A DNA stretch of 29,847 nt. It comes from Bacteriovoracaceae bacterium. Lineage in GTDB: Bacteria > Bdellovibrionota > Bacteriovoracia > Bacteriovoracales > Bacteriovoracaceae. Made by a program: the position numbers and the translations under genes. This document shows, in pieces, positions 18,742 to 27,533 of the stretch (position 1 is its first letter; every line of letters starts with the position of its first letter). The stretch is from the NCBI GenBank assembly GCA_041586955.1, contig JBFGZE010000034.1:1-29847 (forward strand). The letters are read 5' to 3'. Below the pieces are notes generated by a model, which ran no database searches, had not been told where the DNA came from, and saw only the letters and a list, made by a program, of their open reading frames with translations.

Positions 18742-19134
18742 ATGGATGGAATGCAAAAAGCTCATACTCTTCTTTTTGATGATCAATGCCCCCTTTGTGT
18801 GCGCTTCCAAGCGGCATTAAAAAAGGCGATCCCTGCAGATATTCTTCATTACCAAGGCCTAAGTGATCCAATAACTTTTAGTGATTTTCCGCAAGTTGAT
18901 AAAAGTGAGGCCTTTGAAGAAATTCATTTAATCACCAATGATAATATTGTTCTCAAAGGTCCAACGGCCATTGAGTTTCTGGTGACACTCTCTCCTCAAG
19001 TAAAAAAATTCTCTTGGCTAATTGAGTCAAGCAGCGGTAAAAAGGCCGTGGAGCTTTTCTATAAAAGCGCAAATAAATACCGAGAGTCGTTGCGAAAAAG
19101 CTGTCCAAAGTGTAAAAAGGTATCTCCTATTTAA
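18742..19134 (+). CDS. DCC family (DUF393) thiol-disulfide oxidoreductase-like protein
   Basis: LFDDQCPLC (DxxCxxC) motif; AGGAG RBS; extra C-terminal CPKC. Confidence 0.82.
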   Translation: MDGMQKAHTLLFDDQCPLCVRFQAALKKAIPADILHYQGLSDPITFSDFPQVDKSEAFEEIHLITNDNIVLKGPTAIEFLVTLSPQVKKFSWLIESSSGKKAVELFYKSANKYRESLRKSCPKCKKVSPI

Positions 19135-19157
19135 AAAAATGGCGCAGTGGAGAAGCT

Positions 19158-19895
19158 ATGGAGACCCAAAATTTACCTTTTGATAAAACTCTCATTATCA
19201 TTCCGACTTATAATGAAATTGATAATATCGAAAGAATGATCTCCACTCTCTTTGGTCTCTACCCGCAAGTTTCACTTCTCATTATTGAAGATGGCTCACC
19301 AGATGGGACCGCAGACGTCGTACGTCGCATGCAGGAAACTCATTCCAATCTCCATATGATTGAGCGAAAAGGTAAGCTTGGACTTGGCACAGCTTATGTC
19401 ACAGGCTTTAAATGGGCGCTGGAAAGGGATTATCAATTTGTTTTTGAAATGGATTGCGATTTCTCTCATGATCCAAAACAAGTACCAGATCTTTTATCCG
19501 CAGCTCAGTCCAACTCTCTTGTCATTGGGTCTCGTTATATTGATGGTATTCGTATTATTAATTGGCCCTTTAGAAGGCTTCTACTCTCCTACTTGGCGTC
19601 AATCTACACCAGATTCGTGACAGGAATTCCTGTTTTTGATACCACCGGTGGTTTCAAATGCTTCTCACGTCACGCTCTTGAAACTCTGGAGCTAGATAAC
19701 ATTATTTCCAACGGATATATCTTTCAATTAGAGCTCAATTATCGTGTTTGGAACAAGGGCCTTAAAGTCAAAGAAGTCCCTATTATTTTTTATGAAAGAA
19801 GAGATGGCCAATCCAAAATGGGTGGCGGCATTATCTTCGAGGCGCTCTTTGCCGTTGTTAGGCTACGCTTTTATAAAATGATCGGTCGTCTCTAA
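19158..19895 (+). CDS. Polyprenol monophosphomannose synthase (Ppm1/DPM1-like GT2)
   Basis: IIPTYNE, DGSPDGT, GKLGLGTAY, EMDCDFSHDP, DTTGGFKCF, GYIFQLE, ERRDGQSKM. Confidence 0.88.
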   Translation: METQNLPFDKTLIIIPTYNEIDNIERMISTLFGLYPQVSLLIIEDGSPDGTADVVRRMQETHSNLHMIERKGKLGLGTAYVTGFKWALERDYQFVFEMDCDFSHDPKQVPDLLSAAQSNSLVIGSRYIDGIRIINWPFRRLLLSYLASIYTRFVTGIPVFDTTGGFKCFSRHALETLELDNIISNGYIFQLELNYRVWNKGLKVKEVPIIFYERRDGQSKMGGGIIFEALFAVVRLRFYKMIGRL

Positions 19896-19902
19896 AACTT
19901 AT

Positions 19903-19963
19903 ATTCCTCTGAAATTACGCAACTCCTGACTGGCCTTCGGACTAAGGCCTAAGGCAGAGGAAT
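19903..19963. other. Nested stem-loop between convergent genes
   Basis: Outer 9-bp stem ATTCCTCTG/CAGAGGAAT enclosing GGCCTT-CGGACT-AAGGCC; no U-tract. Confidence 0.5.
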
Positions 19964-19974
19964 CCAATGAAAAG

Positions 19975-20658
19975 CTAGCGTTTGAAGCTTTTACGCGAGA
20001 AGATTTCGCGGTTTAGGGGCTCAAAAAACATTAAGAGAAAGATCCAGCATCCACCAAATTCAAGAATTTCCCCCTTTTTCCCACCATCAATCATATTGAC
20101 CAAGGCGGCCAGTATTAAATAGGCCACAATATGGTAAAGCTGAGGCATTGGCAGAGCGAATTTATTGATTAACTCTTTAATTTTTTCAACTTTTTGATAA
20201 AGAATTGGAAGAATAAGAAAATAAATACCGACAAGAATCCCTAAAAAAGTTCCAAAGATATAGCGGTTTACTTTAAAATTACCAAACCTTAAATTGTGAA
20301 AGTTGAACTCCCCTTGCGTATTATATTTGAGAAAAAACTCTGGAGATTTAATATTAAATATTCTCTGCCCCCAGGAAATTTCCTCGGCCAAACCAAAAAA
20401 GAATATTAAAGCAAAAGCATAGAGGCAAAAAATAAAAAGGGGGCTACGAAAGGGTTTGAGTATATACGCCCGATAAACATTCATAATGATGCCCACCAGG
20501 AGCGCTAGGACTGTTAGCCATTCGACAAAGCTATCTTCGCGAACAAAAACTCCTTCATAGAAAGGTAAATTCGTTCGAGAAAAATAAACACCCAGTAGAA
20601 CAATGATAAAAACAAAAACGAAAACACATTTTTCAAGAATCTTTCTTGGCAAATTCAT
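19975..20658 (-). CDS. Conserved-type integral membrane protein of unknown function (EEISWGQR motif)
   Basis: About 6 TM segments; EDSFVEWLT, EEISWGQR, NTQGEFNFHN; overlaps the rpiB stop by 4 nt. Confidence 0.75.
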   Translation of the reverse strand: MNLPRKILEKCVFVFVFIIVLLGVYFSRTNLPFYEGVFVREDSFVEWLTVLALLVGIIMNVYRAYILKPFRSPLFIFCLYAFALIFFFGLAEEISWGQRIFNIKSPEFFLKYNTQGEFNFHNLRFGNFKVNRYIFGTFLGILVGIYFLILPILYQKVEKIKELINKFALPMPQLYHIVAYLILAALVNMIDGGKKGEILEFGGCWIFLLMFFEPLNREIFSRKSFKR

Positions 20659-21092
20659 GACTTTTTACCCCAATCATTAAACATCGCCACTCGTTTAGCG
20701 TGCCGACCCCCTTGAAACTCTCCTGCCAACCAAGCATCCACAATTGCATAGATTTCCTCTAAGTCATTAAGCCGAGTTCCCACACAGAGAATATTACTAT
20801 TATTATGTTCCCGTGATAGCTGTGCCTCCTTGGGAGAGCGACACAAGGCCGCCCTTATATTGGAAAAGCGGTTGGCAACCATAGAAACACCAATTCCTGA
20901 ACCACAAAGAAGAAGCCCGAGGCCATCTTCTTTTGCCACAGAGCGGGCAACCTGGGCGGCATAATCAGGGTAATCACAGCGCTCAGAAGTAAAGGGTCCA
21001 GAGTCTATAAATTCAATACGATCGGCATAATGAGCTTTGAGCTTCTCTTTTTCTTCAAAAGCAGCGTGATCAGAGCCTATGAAAAGTTTCAT
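20655..21092 (-). CDS. rpiB: Ribose-5-phosphate isomerase B
   Basis: GSDHAA, DYPDYA, CGSGIG, SREHNNSN, GGRHAKRV. Confidence 0.93.
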   Translation of the reverse strand: MKLFIGSDHAAFEEKEKLKAHYADRIEFIDSGPFTSERCDYPDYAAQVARSVAKEDGLGLLLCGSGIGVSMVANRFSNIRAALCRSPKEAQLSREHNNSNILCVGTRLNDLEEIYAIVDAWLAGEFQGGRHAKRVAMFNDWGKKS

Positions 21093-21107
21093 TATGGTAT
21101 TCTCCAG

Positions 21108-21137
21108 AAAAAAAGAGGGCCGCTAAGCCCTCTCTTT
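21108..21137 (-). terminator. Intrinsic terminator after ahcY
   Basis: AGAGGGC-CGCTAA-GCCCTCT hairpin with an A-tract at 21108-21114 (U-tract on the minus strand). Confidence 0.75.
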
Positions 21138-21151
21138 ACTTGGTCTTTTTC

Positions 21152-22447
21152 TTAATAACGATAATGCTCTGGTTTATAAGGTCCTTCCACAGGAACCCCT
21201 AAATACTCAGCTTGAGCAGACGTTAATTTTTCCAACTTCACACCAAGCTTAGCAAGGTGCAAGAAGGCCACTTTTTCATCAAGATGCTTAGGCAGCATAT
21301 AAACTTTGTTCTCATATTGATCAGAGTTATTCCAAAGTTCTAATTGGGCCAATACCTGGTTAGTAAAAGAGTTACTCATCACAAATGATGGGTGACCTGT
21401 CGCACAGCCTAAGTTTACGAGACGACCTTGAGCAAGAAGGATAATTCTTCTACCGTCTTTAGACGTATATTGGTCAACCTGTGGTTTAATATTTAGCTCT
21501 TCATAATTGTCGTGTAAGTGCTTGATCTCAATTTCTGAATCAAAATGACCAATATTACAAACGATCGCACCATCTTTCATATTATCAAGATGAGTCTTAT
21601 TGATGACACTGAAACAACCAGTTGTTGTAACAAAGATCTCGCCTAATTTTGAGGCCTCATCCATAGTCATGACTTCATAACCTTCCATTGCTGCTTGAAG
21701 AGCACAAATAGGGTCAATCTCAGTAATAATGACACGGCCGCCCATCCCTCTTAAGGACTGAGCTGAACCTTTCCCAACGTCGCCATAACCAGCAACAACA
21801 CAAACCTTACCAGCAGTCATCACATCAGTGGCACGCTTAATACCATCAACTAAAGACTCGCGGCAGCCATAAAGGTTATCAAATTTAGATTTAGTCACTG
21901 AATCATTGATATTGATCGCTGGCATAGTTAAAGTACCATTTTTGACCCTTTCATAAAGACGGTGAACACCTGTTGTGGTTTCTTCAGAGAGACCCTTAAT
22001 TCCCGCAACCATATCTGGATTTTTATCGAGAACCATATTGGTAAGGTCACCACCATCATCGAGAATCATATTAAGAGGACCACCGTCGGGCCAACGTAGA
22101 GTTTGCTCGATACACCAGTCAAATTCTTCCTCATTCATACCTTTCCAGGCAAATACAGGAACTCCGGTGGCGGCAATAGCAGCAGCAGCGTGATCTTGAG
22201 TAGAGAAAATATTACAAGAGGACCAACGCACTTCGGCACCAAGAGCGGTCAAAGTTTCAATTAAAACAGCAGTTTGGATGGTCATATGAAGACAACCCGC
22301 AATACGAGCACCTTCTAGAGGCCGTGAGGGACCAAATTCCTCTCTTAGGGCCATTAATCCTGGCATTTCTGACTCAGCAATATTTATTTCCTTGCGTCCC
22401 CAATCAGCTAGGCTTATATCTTTTACTTTATAATCACTACTATTCAT
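21152..22447 (-). CDS. ahcY: Adenosylhomocysteinase (SAH hydrolase)
   Basis: [52 protein letters not shown]-terminal YRY. GGAGG favours ATG 22447. Confidence 0.97.
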   Translation of the reverse strand: MNSSDYKVKDISLADWGRKEINIAESEMPGLMALREEFGPSRPLEGARIAGCLHMTIQTAVLIETLTALGAEVRWSSCNIFSTQDHAAAAIAATGVPVFAWKGMNEEEFDWCIEQTLRWPDGGPLNMILDDGGDLTNMVLDKNPDMVAGIKGLSEETTTGVHRLYERVKNGTLTMPAININDSVTKSKFDNLYGCRESLVDGIKRATDVMTAGKVCVVAGYGDVGKGSAQSLRGMGGRVIITEIDPICALQAAMEGYEVMTMDEASKLGEIFVTTTGCFSVINKTHLDNMKDGAIVCNIGHFDSEIEIKHLHDNYEELNIKPQVDQYTSKDGRRIILLAQGRLVNLGCATGHPSFVMSNSFTNQVLAQLELWNNSDQYENKVYMLPKHLDEKVAFLHLAKLGVKLEKLTSAQAEYLGVPVEGPYKPEHYRY

Positions 22448-22483
22448 ATAGTCCTCCAAAATAACTAATATCTGTGATACGCA

Positions 22484-22515
22484 GCTAATATAACATTAGC
22501 AAAATGCCCTCACAA
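22484..22515 (-). promoter_or_regulatory. Candidate sigma-70 promoter of ahcY with an overlapping inverted repeat
   Basis: Minus strand TTGTGA-N17-TATATT with a TG extension; GCTAAT-N5-ATTAGC at 22484-22500 spans the -10. Confidence 0.4.
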
Positions 22516-22554
22516 GTAAGTGATAAATAAAAAAGCAACGCACAAAAGGTCATT

Positions 22555-23502
22555 ATGGGTGATTATACAAAATTAGAAAAGACACAGATTAAGGATATTT
22601 TAAGCCTCTATGATATTGGCGATTTGGTTCAGGCCTGGCCACTGTCCCTCGGTATTTCTAATTCTAATTATAAAATTCAAACCACTCAAGATTATTATCT
22701 TCTCAAAGTTTCAAATGATAAAAGCCTTGAGCAATTGCAAGAAGAGCAAAATATCTTATCCACGCTTAAGGAAGTGGACTACCCTTATTCCATTACCGCT
22801 ATTCCCAATAAAGAGAAATCGAATATTTATCAATCCAAAAATGTCTTTGGTGTCATTTATCCTTTTATTGAAGGAATTCCTCCCGGGCCTAGTGATGTGA
22901 CCTGTTTTCAAATCGGTCAAGGCCTTGGCAAAATCCACCAATCCACTCTTAATCAAACCAAGCTTTTAGAGAATTTGCGGCCCCATACTCAAGTTGGATA
23001 TGGACCTCAAGAAATTATGAGCTTTGTGGCAAAAGAAAACTGCCCTCAGGACTTTAAGGACGCCGTTTACCAATTATTCCCCGACCGTTTGGAATCCTTT
23101 ATTACATCTAATTTTGAAAAGTCGATTATTCACGGAGATCTTTATTACGATAATACCCTTTTCCACAACGATAACCTCAATGCCATTCTCGATTTTGAGC
23201 AAGGCGGTGTCGGAGAATGTATTCTTGACCTTGGAATTTCTATTTCCGGAACGTGCTTAGAAAAAGGTAATATTAATGAACGACTTATTGATTCATTCCT
23301 CAAAGGCTATCAAACAGTTCGGCTTCTACCTCCAAGTGAATTTGCGATTATCGATGATGCCATCGCGCTAGGCCTTATCTCCATTTCACTTTGGCGCATC
23401 AAACGCTTTACACTCGGTGATCTTAACCCCGCTCTAAAATACTCCTATCGAGAGTTATTTTACAAGGCCTTGAATTACAAAAAAGAAAAAGGACTGATAT
23501 GA
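22555..23502 (+). CDS. Type II homoserine kinase-like phosphotransferase (APH/choline kinase fold)
   Basis: YTKL...YDIG, GISNSNY, IHGDLYYDN and ILDF match the Pseudomonas-type ThrB pattern. Confidence 0.75.
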   Translation: MGDYTKLEKTQIKDILSLYDIGDLVQAWPLSLGISNSNYKIQTTQDYYLLKVSNDKSLEQLQEEQNILSTLKEVDYPYSITAIPNKEKSNIYQSKNVFGVIYPFIEGIPPGPSDVTCFQIGQGLGKIHQSTLNQTKLLENLRPHTQVGYGPQEIMSFVAKENCPQDFKDAVYQLFPDRLESFITSNFEKSIIHGDLYYDNTLFHNDNLNAILDFEQGGVGECILDLGISISGTCLEKGNINERLIDSFLKGYQTVRLLPPSEFAIIDDAIALGLISISLWRIKRFTLGDLNPALKYSYRELFYKALNYKKEKGLI

Positions 23503-24731
23503 CCATTAAGCAATTCTACCTATCGTGCCCCAAGGGAATAGAAAACGCCCTCATCCGAGATCTCTCTCATTTTTTCGAGAAGGAAATGATGGAGAAGACA
23601 AACGGTGGTGTCCGCTTAAAAGCTGAGCAAAAGGACCTCTTAAAATCACTCCCCTTATTACGAATCCCCAGTCGGGTTTATCTTGAGTTAGATACTTTTA
23701 AGTTCAAGAAAGAAAAAGATATTTTCCATCGTCTTAGAAAATTCCCATGGGGGGATTGGGTTCAAATTGACCAGACCTTTAAAATCAATACCTCTTTTGA
23801 TCGCGCCTCAGCAGAGTCTTTCAATAATTCGATGTACCTCTCCCTCTTGGCCAAGGATGCCCTCGCCGATACCATGCGAGAATTACATGATGAGCGGCCC
23901 AACGTAGATACCAAAAACCCTCATTGTCACTTCTTTAGTCGAATTGAGAAAATCACCGATAATAAAGGTCCTCATACTCTTTTTAATTACACTCTTTATA
24001 TCGACCTCACGGGAACACCCTTATGCCATAGGGGCTATAGAGAGCGTGGCCATAGTGCCCCCTTAAGAGAAAATCTAGCAGCGGCCTTAATTGACGAGCT
24101 CAATTGGAATTTTGATGAGCCTTTTATTGATGTGATGTGCGGAAGTGGGACCGTTCTAATAGAAGCTCTCCTTTTTAAAAATAAAATCGCTCCATCTTAT
24201 TTGCGACTTAATAATTTTTTCGAAAGAGGATTCACGCCCTTTGCTTTCATGGAGCTTATGCCATTTAAAAAAGATAAAGAACTAATTGAAGAGATTGAAA
24301 ATCATTACGGTGAAATTGTCGACAAAGTACAGCAGACACTTAATAATCTTCCGATTCAAAATATTTTTGGTAATGATTCCGATGGCCGTTCAAAATCGAT
24401 GATGACAAATACTCTTCAAAAATTTGGTCTCGATAGGAATATCATTGCCATTAATAATGGTGAATTTAAAGACTTTGAACCTCCAAAAACCGGACCAGGT
24501 GTTATTTTCTGTAACCCTCCGTATGGTGAGCGCATGGGTGAATTAGATGATCTCAAAGAGATGTATTATAATCTTGGCGAGTATTTCAAGGCCCATTGCC
24601 AAAACTTTTCATGCTTTATTTTCACCGGAAATATAGAGTTAAGAAAAGCAATCTCCCTGAAAACAAGCTCAAGAAAAGAGTTTAAAAATGGGAAGATTGA
24701 TTGTCGACTTTTACAATATAATATTTATTGA
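23499..24731 (+). CDS. THUMP-domain class I SAM-dependent RNA methyltransferase (RlmL/UPF0020-like)
   Basis: LCHRGYR, APLRENLAAA, DVMCGSGT, NPPYGER, FKNGKIDCRL. Confidence 0.9.
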   Translation: MTIKQFYLSCPKGIENALIRDLSHFFEKEMMEKTNGGVRLKAEQKDLLKSLPLLRIPSRVYLELDTFKFKKEKDIFHRLRKFPWGDWVQIDQTFKINTSFDRASAESFNNSMYLSLLAKDALADTMRELHDERPNVDTKNPHCHFFSRIEKITDNKGPHTLFNYTLYIDLTGTPLCHRGYRERGHSAPLRENLAAALIDELNWNFDEPFIDVMCGSGTVLIEALLFKNKIAPSYLRLNNFFERGFTPFAFMELMPFKKDKELIEEIENHYGEIVDKVQQTLNNLPIQNIFGNDSDGRSKSMMTNTLQKFGLDRNIIAINNGEFKDFEPPKTGPGVIFCNPPYGERMGELDDLKEMYYNLGEYFKAHCQNFSCFIFTGNIELRKAISLKTSSRKEFKNGKIDCRLLQYNIY

Positions 24732-25546
24732 AAGTGCTCCGATAAACGCATGGCCAGGTTGGGGTTGCAAAACTTCATCAAGGCCAAGTTGTTAAGAACT
24801 TTATTATAATGTTTATCTGAATTACTAAAAAAATACTGAGTGACATCAGAATCTTTTAAGAAAATAGTATGGCCTTTGGCCGAAAATTTGCGAGTAATAT
24901 ATTCTGAATCGAGAAAACAAATTTCACGTATCAAAAAATCACGGCCGAGATAAATAATAATTGAATAATCACTCAAAGAGACAAGAGACTTTCTCAGCTT
25001 CACCCCTTTTGGTGAGCTAAAATCACCCCAATGAATTTTTATTTCAATTCGTTTATTATCACGGAAAAAATCAAAACCACGCTGAGAAGAGGATTTAATC
25101 TGCTGCAGCCCGAAAATGCACTTTGCGTACCACTCCCCTAATTGAATGGGGAGATTTTTCCCATTCATGATAATGTGCTGCTCTCTTAATATTTCGTAAC
25201 ACTTATTAACGGTTTCGACCGCTTCAAGAATCTTTTTATTCTCAGGAAGCCCCATCAGTATAATCTTTTTGGCCTGGCCTCTTTTTAATTTACGACCAAA
25301 TTGACCGTTATACCAATCCGCAAAATGTTTTTGTTCATAGAGATCATAGGAAGCGGTTGTTAATCCAAGTTTAATCAAATCATCTGCCTCATTAAGGGCA
25401 TCAATATTTTTTAATAAATATTTAATGGGAGCAAATTGGTTATTCTCCAAATTGCTGACGAAAACTATTTCTTTATAATAGTCACTACTTCCATGAGTTT
25501 GCTCATTGAAGTTTTGAATTTCCTGATATACCCGTTCAATTTTCAT
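24725..25546 (-). CDS. Hypothetical protein with a possible PD-(D/E)xK nuclease-like C-terminal domain
   Basis: LGEWYA...RGFD...IEIK pattern. Start is ATG 25546 or TTG 25552. Confidence 0.6.
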   Translation of the reverse strand: MKIERVYQEIQNFNEQTHGSSDYYKEIVFVSNLENNQFAPIKYLLKNIDALNEADDLIKLGLTTASYDLYEQKHFADWYNGQFGRKLKRGQAKKIILMGLPENKKILEAVETVNKCYEILREQHIIMNGKNLPIQLGEWYAKCIFGLQQIKSSSQRGFDFFRDNKRIEIKIHWGDFSSPKGVKLRKSLVSLSDYSIIIYLGRDFLIREICFLDSEYITRKFSAKGHTIFLKDSDVTQYFFSNSDKHYNKVLNNLALMKFCNPNLAMRLSEHFQ

Positions 25547-25589
25547 GACCAACCTAGAAACAAATTAAGTCCATAATATCACAGAAATA

Positions 25590-27317
25590 TCAAAGCTCCA
25601 GCGATGGAATGACCTCATCTAAATTTAAAAAGCGATATCTATACCCGACGTTTCGAGTCAGCAAATGCCGGCAGAAGAATTTAAAATCCGCGATTTTACT
25701 TTGATAGAAGCTTCTCTCATCATCATTGTTTGCTTGGGCCTTACCGTCCATCGCGATATTGGCGGCATCAAGTAAACGCCAGGCGACAATAAGGTTAGCA
25801 CAATAATTTTGGAAATCAGTACACCCACTCAAAACAAGATCTATTTTATTTTCACTCGCCAGAGCAGCAAATTGCCCGACAATCTTCTGGGCATCCCCAA
25901 GAAGATCTGCCATTAAAGTCGCTTCTTCGCTAAAGTCGGCATGAGACTGACTCAAGGTTTTTGTCATTTTTGCAGCGAGGGCATTAAAGGCCTTCCCCTC
26001 ATCCCTCAGAATTTTTCTCATCACAAAGTCAATCGCCTGAATACCATTGGTGCCTTCATAAATAGAGGCAATTTTTGTATCTCGCGCAAATTGCTCAATA
26101 CCGTACTCTGTACAATAACCATAACCACCATGAACCTGAATCGCTTCAACTGAGACATTGAATCCCTCATCAGTGCAAAATGATTTACAAATAGGGGTCA
26201 AAAGAGCAATCTCCTCTTCTGCTTCCTTATCGCCCAAGCGGGCGGTATCAAAAAGATTTGAGAGATAAAGATTCATCGATCGCATCCCACGAGACAATGA
26301 GCGCATCTTTAATAACATTCTCTTTACATCAGGATGCTTATAAATTTCTTTATCAAACTGAACCCGCTCTTTGGCGTATTGTTCAGTCAAAATAGTCACA
26401 AGGTTCGCCTGCCCTTCTCCTTGAGTTCCACACATAAGGCGTGCCTCATTCATAAGAAGAAACATATTAGGCATACCTGCAAATTCCTCCCCTATTAGTT
26501 CTCCATAACAATCGCCATCGGCGCCGAAAGTGATCTCACAAGTAGCAGAACCGTGAATCCCCATCTTTTCTTCAATCTTCGTGCATTTGACATTATTGGC
26601 CTCGCCCACGCTACCATCAGCATTGATCCGATAGCGAGGAACGATGAAAAGCGAGAGCCCCTTTGTTCCCTCAGGAGCATTAGGAGTCCTTGCTAATACT
26701 AAATGAATATTATTATCATAAAGATCACTCTCCCCACCTGAGATAAAAATCTTCACTCCTTTAATTTTATAAAGGTTATTATCGGCCGGTATCGCTGTTG
26801 CCTTTGAAGCACCCACATCACTCCCGGCGCCCGCTTCTGTCAAACACATGGTTCCACCCATGCGTCCATCCATCATTAAAGGTATCAGTTGATTTTTTTG
26901 AGCTTCTGTTCCAATCAAACGAATTACATTTAGCACGCCTATAGAAAGGCCTGGGTACATCGAATAGGCGATATTAGCACCGATATAAAGACTAGAGCAG
27001 GCAACGCGTACAGCTTCAGGCACTGGCATTCCGCCAATATCTTCAGGTAATCCTAGGCCAAACCAACCATTAGCATAATAACTTTTATTCGCCGCTTTAA
27101 AACATTCTGGCGCTAATACTCCATCTTTCGTCAAGCGTACACCCTCTTCATCGCCAAGGACACGAGACGGGAAAATTTCACCTTCGACAAATTTATCAAA
27201 TTGCAGCACGATATCTTTTAAATCATTAGCGCTATAATCCTCAATTTGATCCTGAACTTTTAATTGTTCAAAAAGAGTAAAGTTAATGTCTCTTAAATCT
27301 GTTTTATACTGGGCCAT
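25590..27317 (-). CDS. Acyl-CoA dehydrogenase (long type, about 575 aa)
   Basis: TMCLTEAGAGSD, GVKIFISGG, EEKMGIHGSATC, QVHGGYGY, IYEGTNGIQA. GAGGAG favours ATG 27317. Confidence 0.95.
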   Translation of the reverse strand: MAQYKTDLRDINFTLFEQLKVQDQIEDYSANDLKDIVLQFDKFVEGEIFPSRVLGDEEGVRLTKDGVLAPECFKAANKSYYANGWFGLGLPEDIGGMPVPEAVRVACSSLYIGANIAYSMYPGLSIGVLNVIRLIGTEAQKNQLIPLMMDGRMGGTMCLTEAGAGSDVGASKATAIPADNNLYKIKGVKIFISGGESDLYDNNIHLVLARTPNAPEGTKGLSLFIVPRYRINADGSVGEANNVKCTKIEEKMGIHGSATCEITFGADGDCYGELIGEEFAGMPNMFLLMNEARLMCGTQGEGQANLVTILTEQYAKERVQFDKEIYKHPDVKRMLLKMRSLSRGMRSMNLYLSNLFDTARLGDKEAEEEIALLTPICKSFCTDEGFNVSVEAIQVHGGYGYCTEYGIEQFARDTKIASIYEGTNGIQAIDFVMRKILRDEGKAFNALAAKMTKTLSQSHADFSEEATLMADLLGDAQKIVGQFAALASENKIDLVLSGCTDFQNYCANLIVAWRLLDAANIAMDGKAQANNDDERSFYQSKIADFKFFCRHLLTRNVGYRYRFLNLDEVIPSLEL

Positions 27318-27347
27318 GGTCTTCTCCTCATCAAATAAATCCTTAAA

Positions 27348-27356
27348 ATTATACCA
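27348..27356 (-). promoter_or_regulatory. Extended -10 promoter candidate for the acyl-CoA dehydrogenase
   Basis: TGGTATAAT on the minus strand, about 30 nt upstream of ATG 27317. Confidence 0.5.
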
Positions 27357-27443
27357 CGTTGTGATCACCAACTCCTATGATCAAAATGGGTAAATTTGTT
27401 CGGAATACATTCATGGGGAGATCTACTAAAAGGATACAACGAT

Positions 27444-27474
27444 AAAAAAGACCCACCATTAAGGTGGGTCTTTT
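27444..27474 (-). terminator. Intrinsic terminator with a bidirectional shape
   Basis: AAAAGACCCACC-ATTAA-GGTGGGTCTTTT, a 12-bp stem with A/T tracts. Confidence 0.88.
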
Positions 27475-27533
27475 CTATAAAAGGGGGAGATATGACAGAG
27501 AGGCCCGTAGACCTCGGGTCAACTTAATTTTAT

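Noticed and set aside
19903..19963. Hammerhead ribozyme
   Set aside because: CTGACTG does not fit CUGANGA, and GAAA is not positioned after stem II.
22448..22554. SAH riboswitch upstream of ahcY
   Set aside because: Only a GCGTTGC fragment is present. The rest of the consensus and pairing partners are missing, and the fragment lies upstream of the predicted promoter.
27492..27527. 11-aa plus-strand ORF MTERPVDLGST after a G-rich tract
   Set aside because: It directly follows a terminator-shaped hairpin with no promoter; the sequence is better explained as minus-strand RNA structure.
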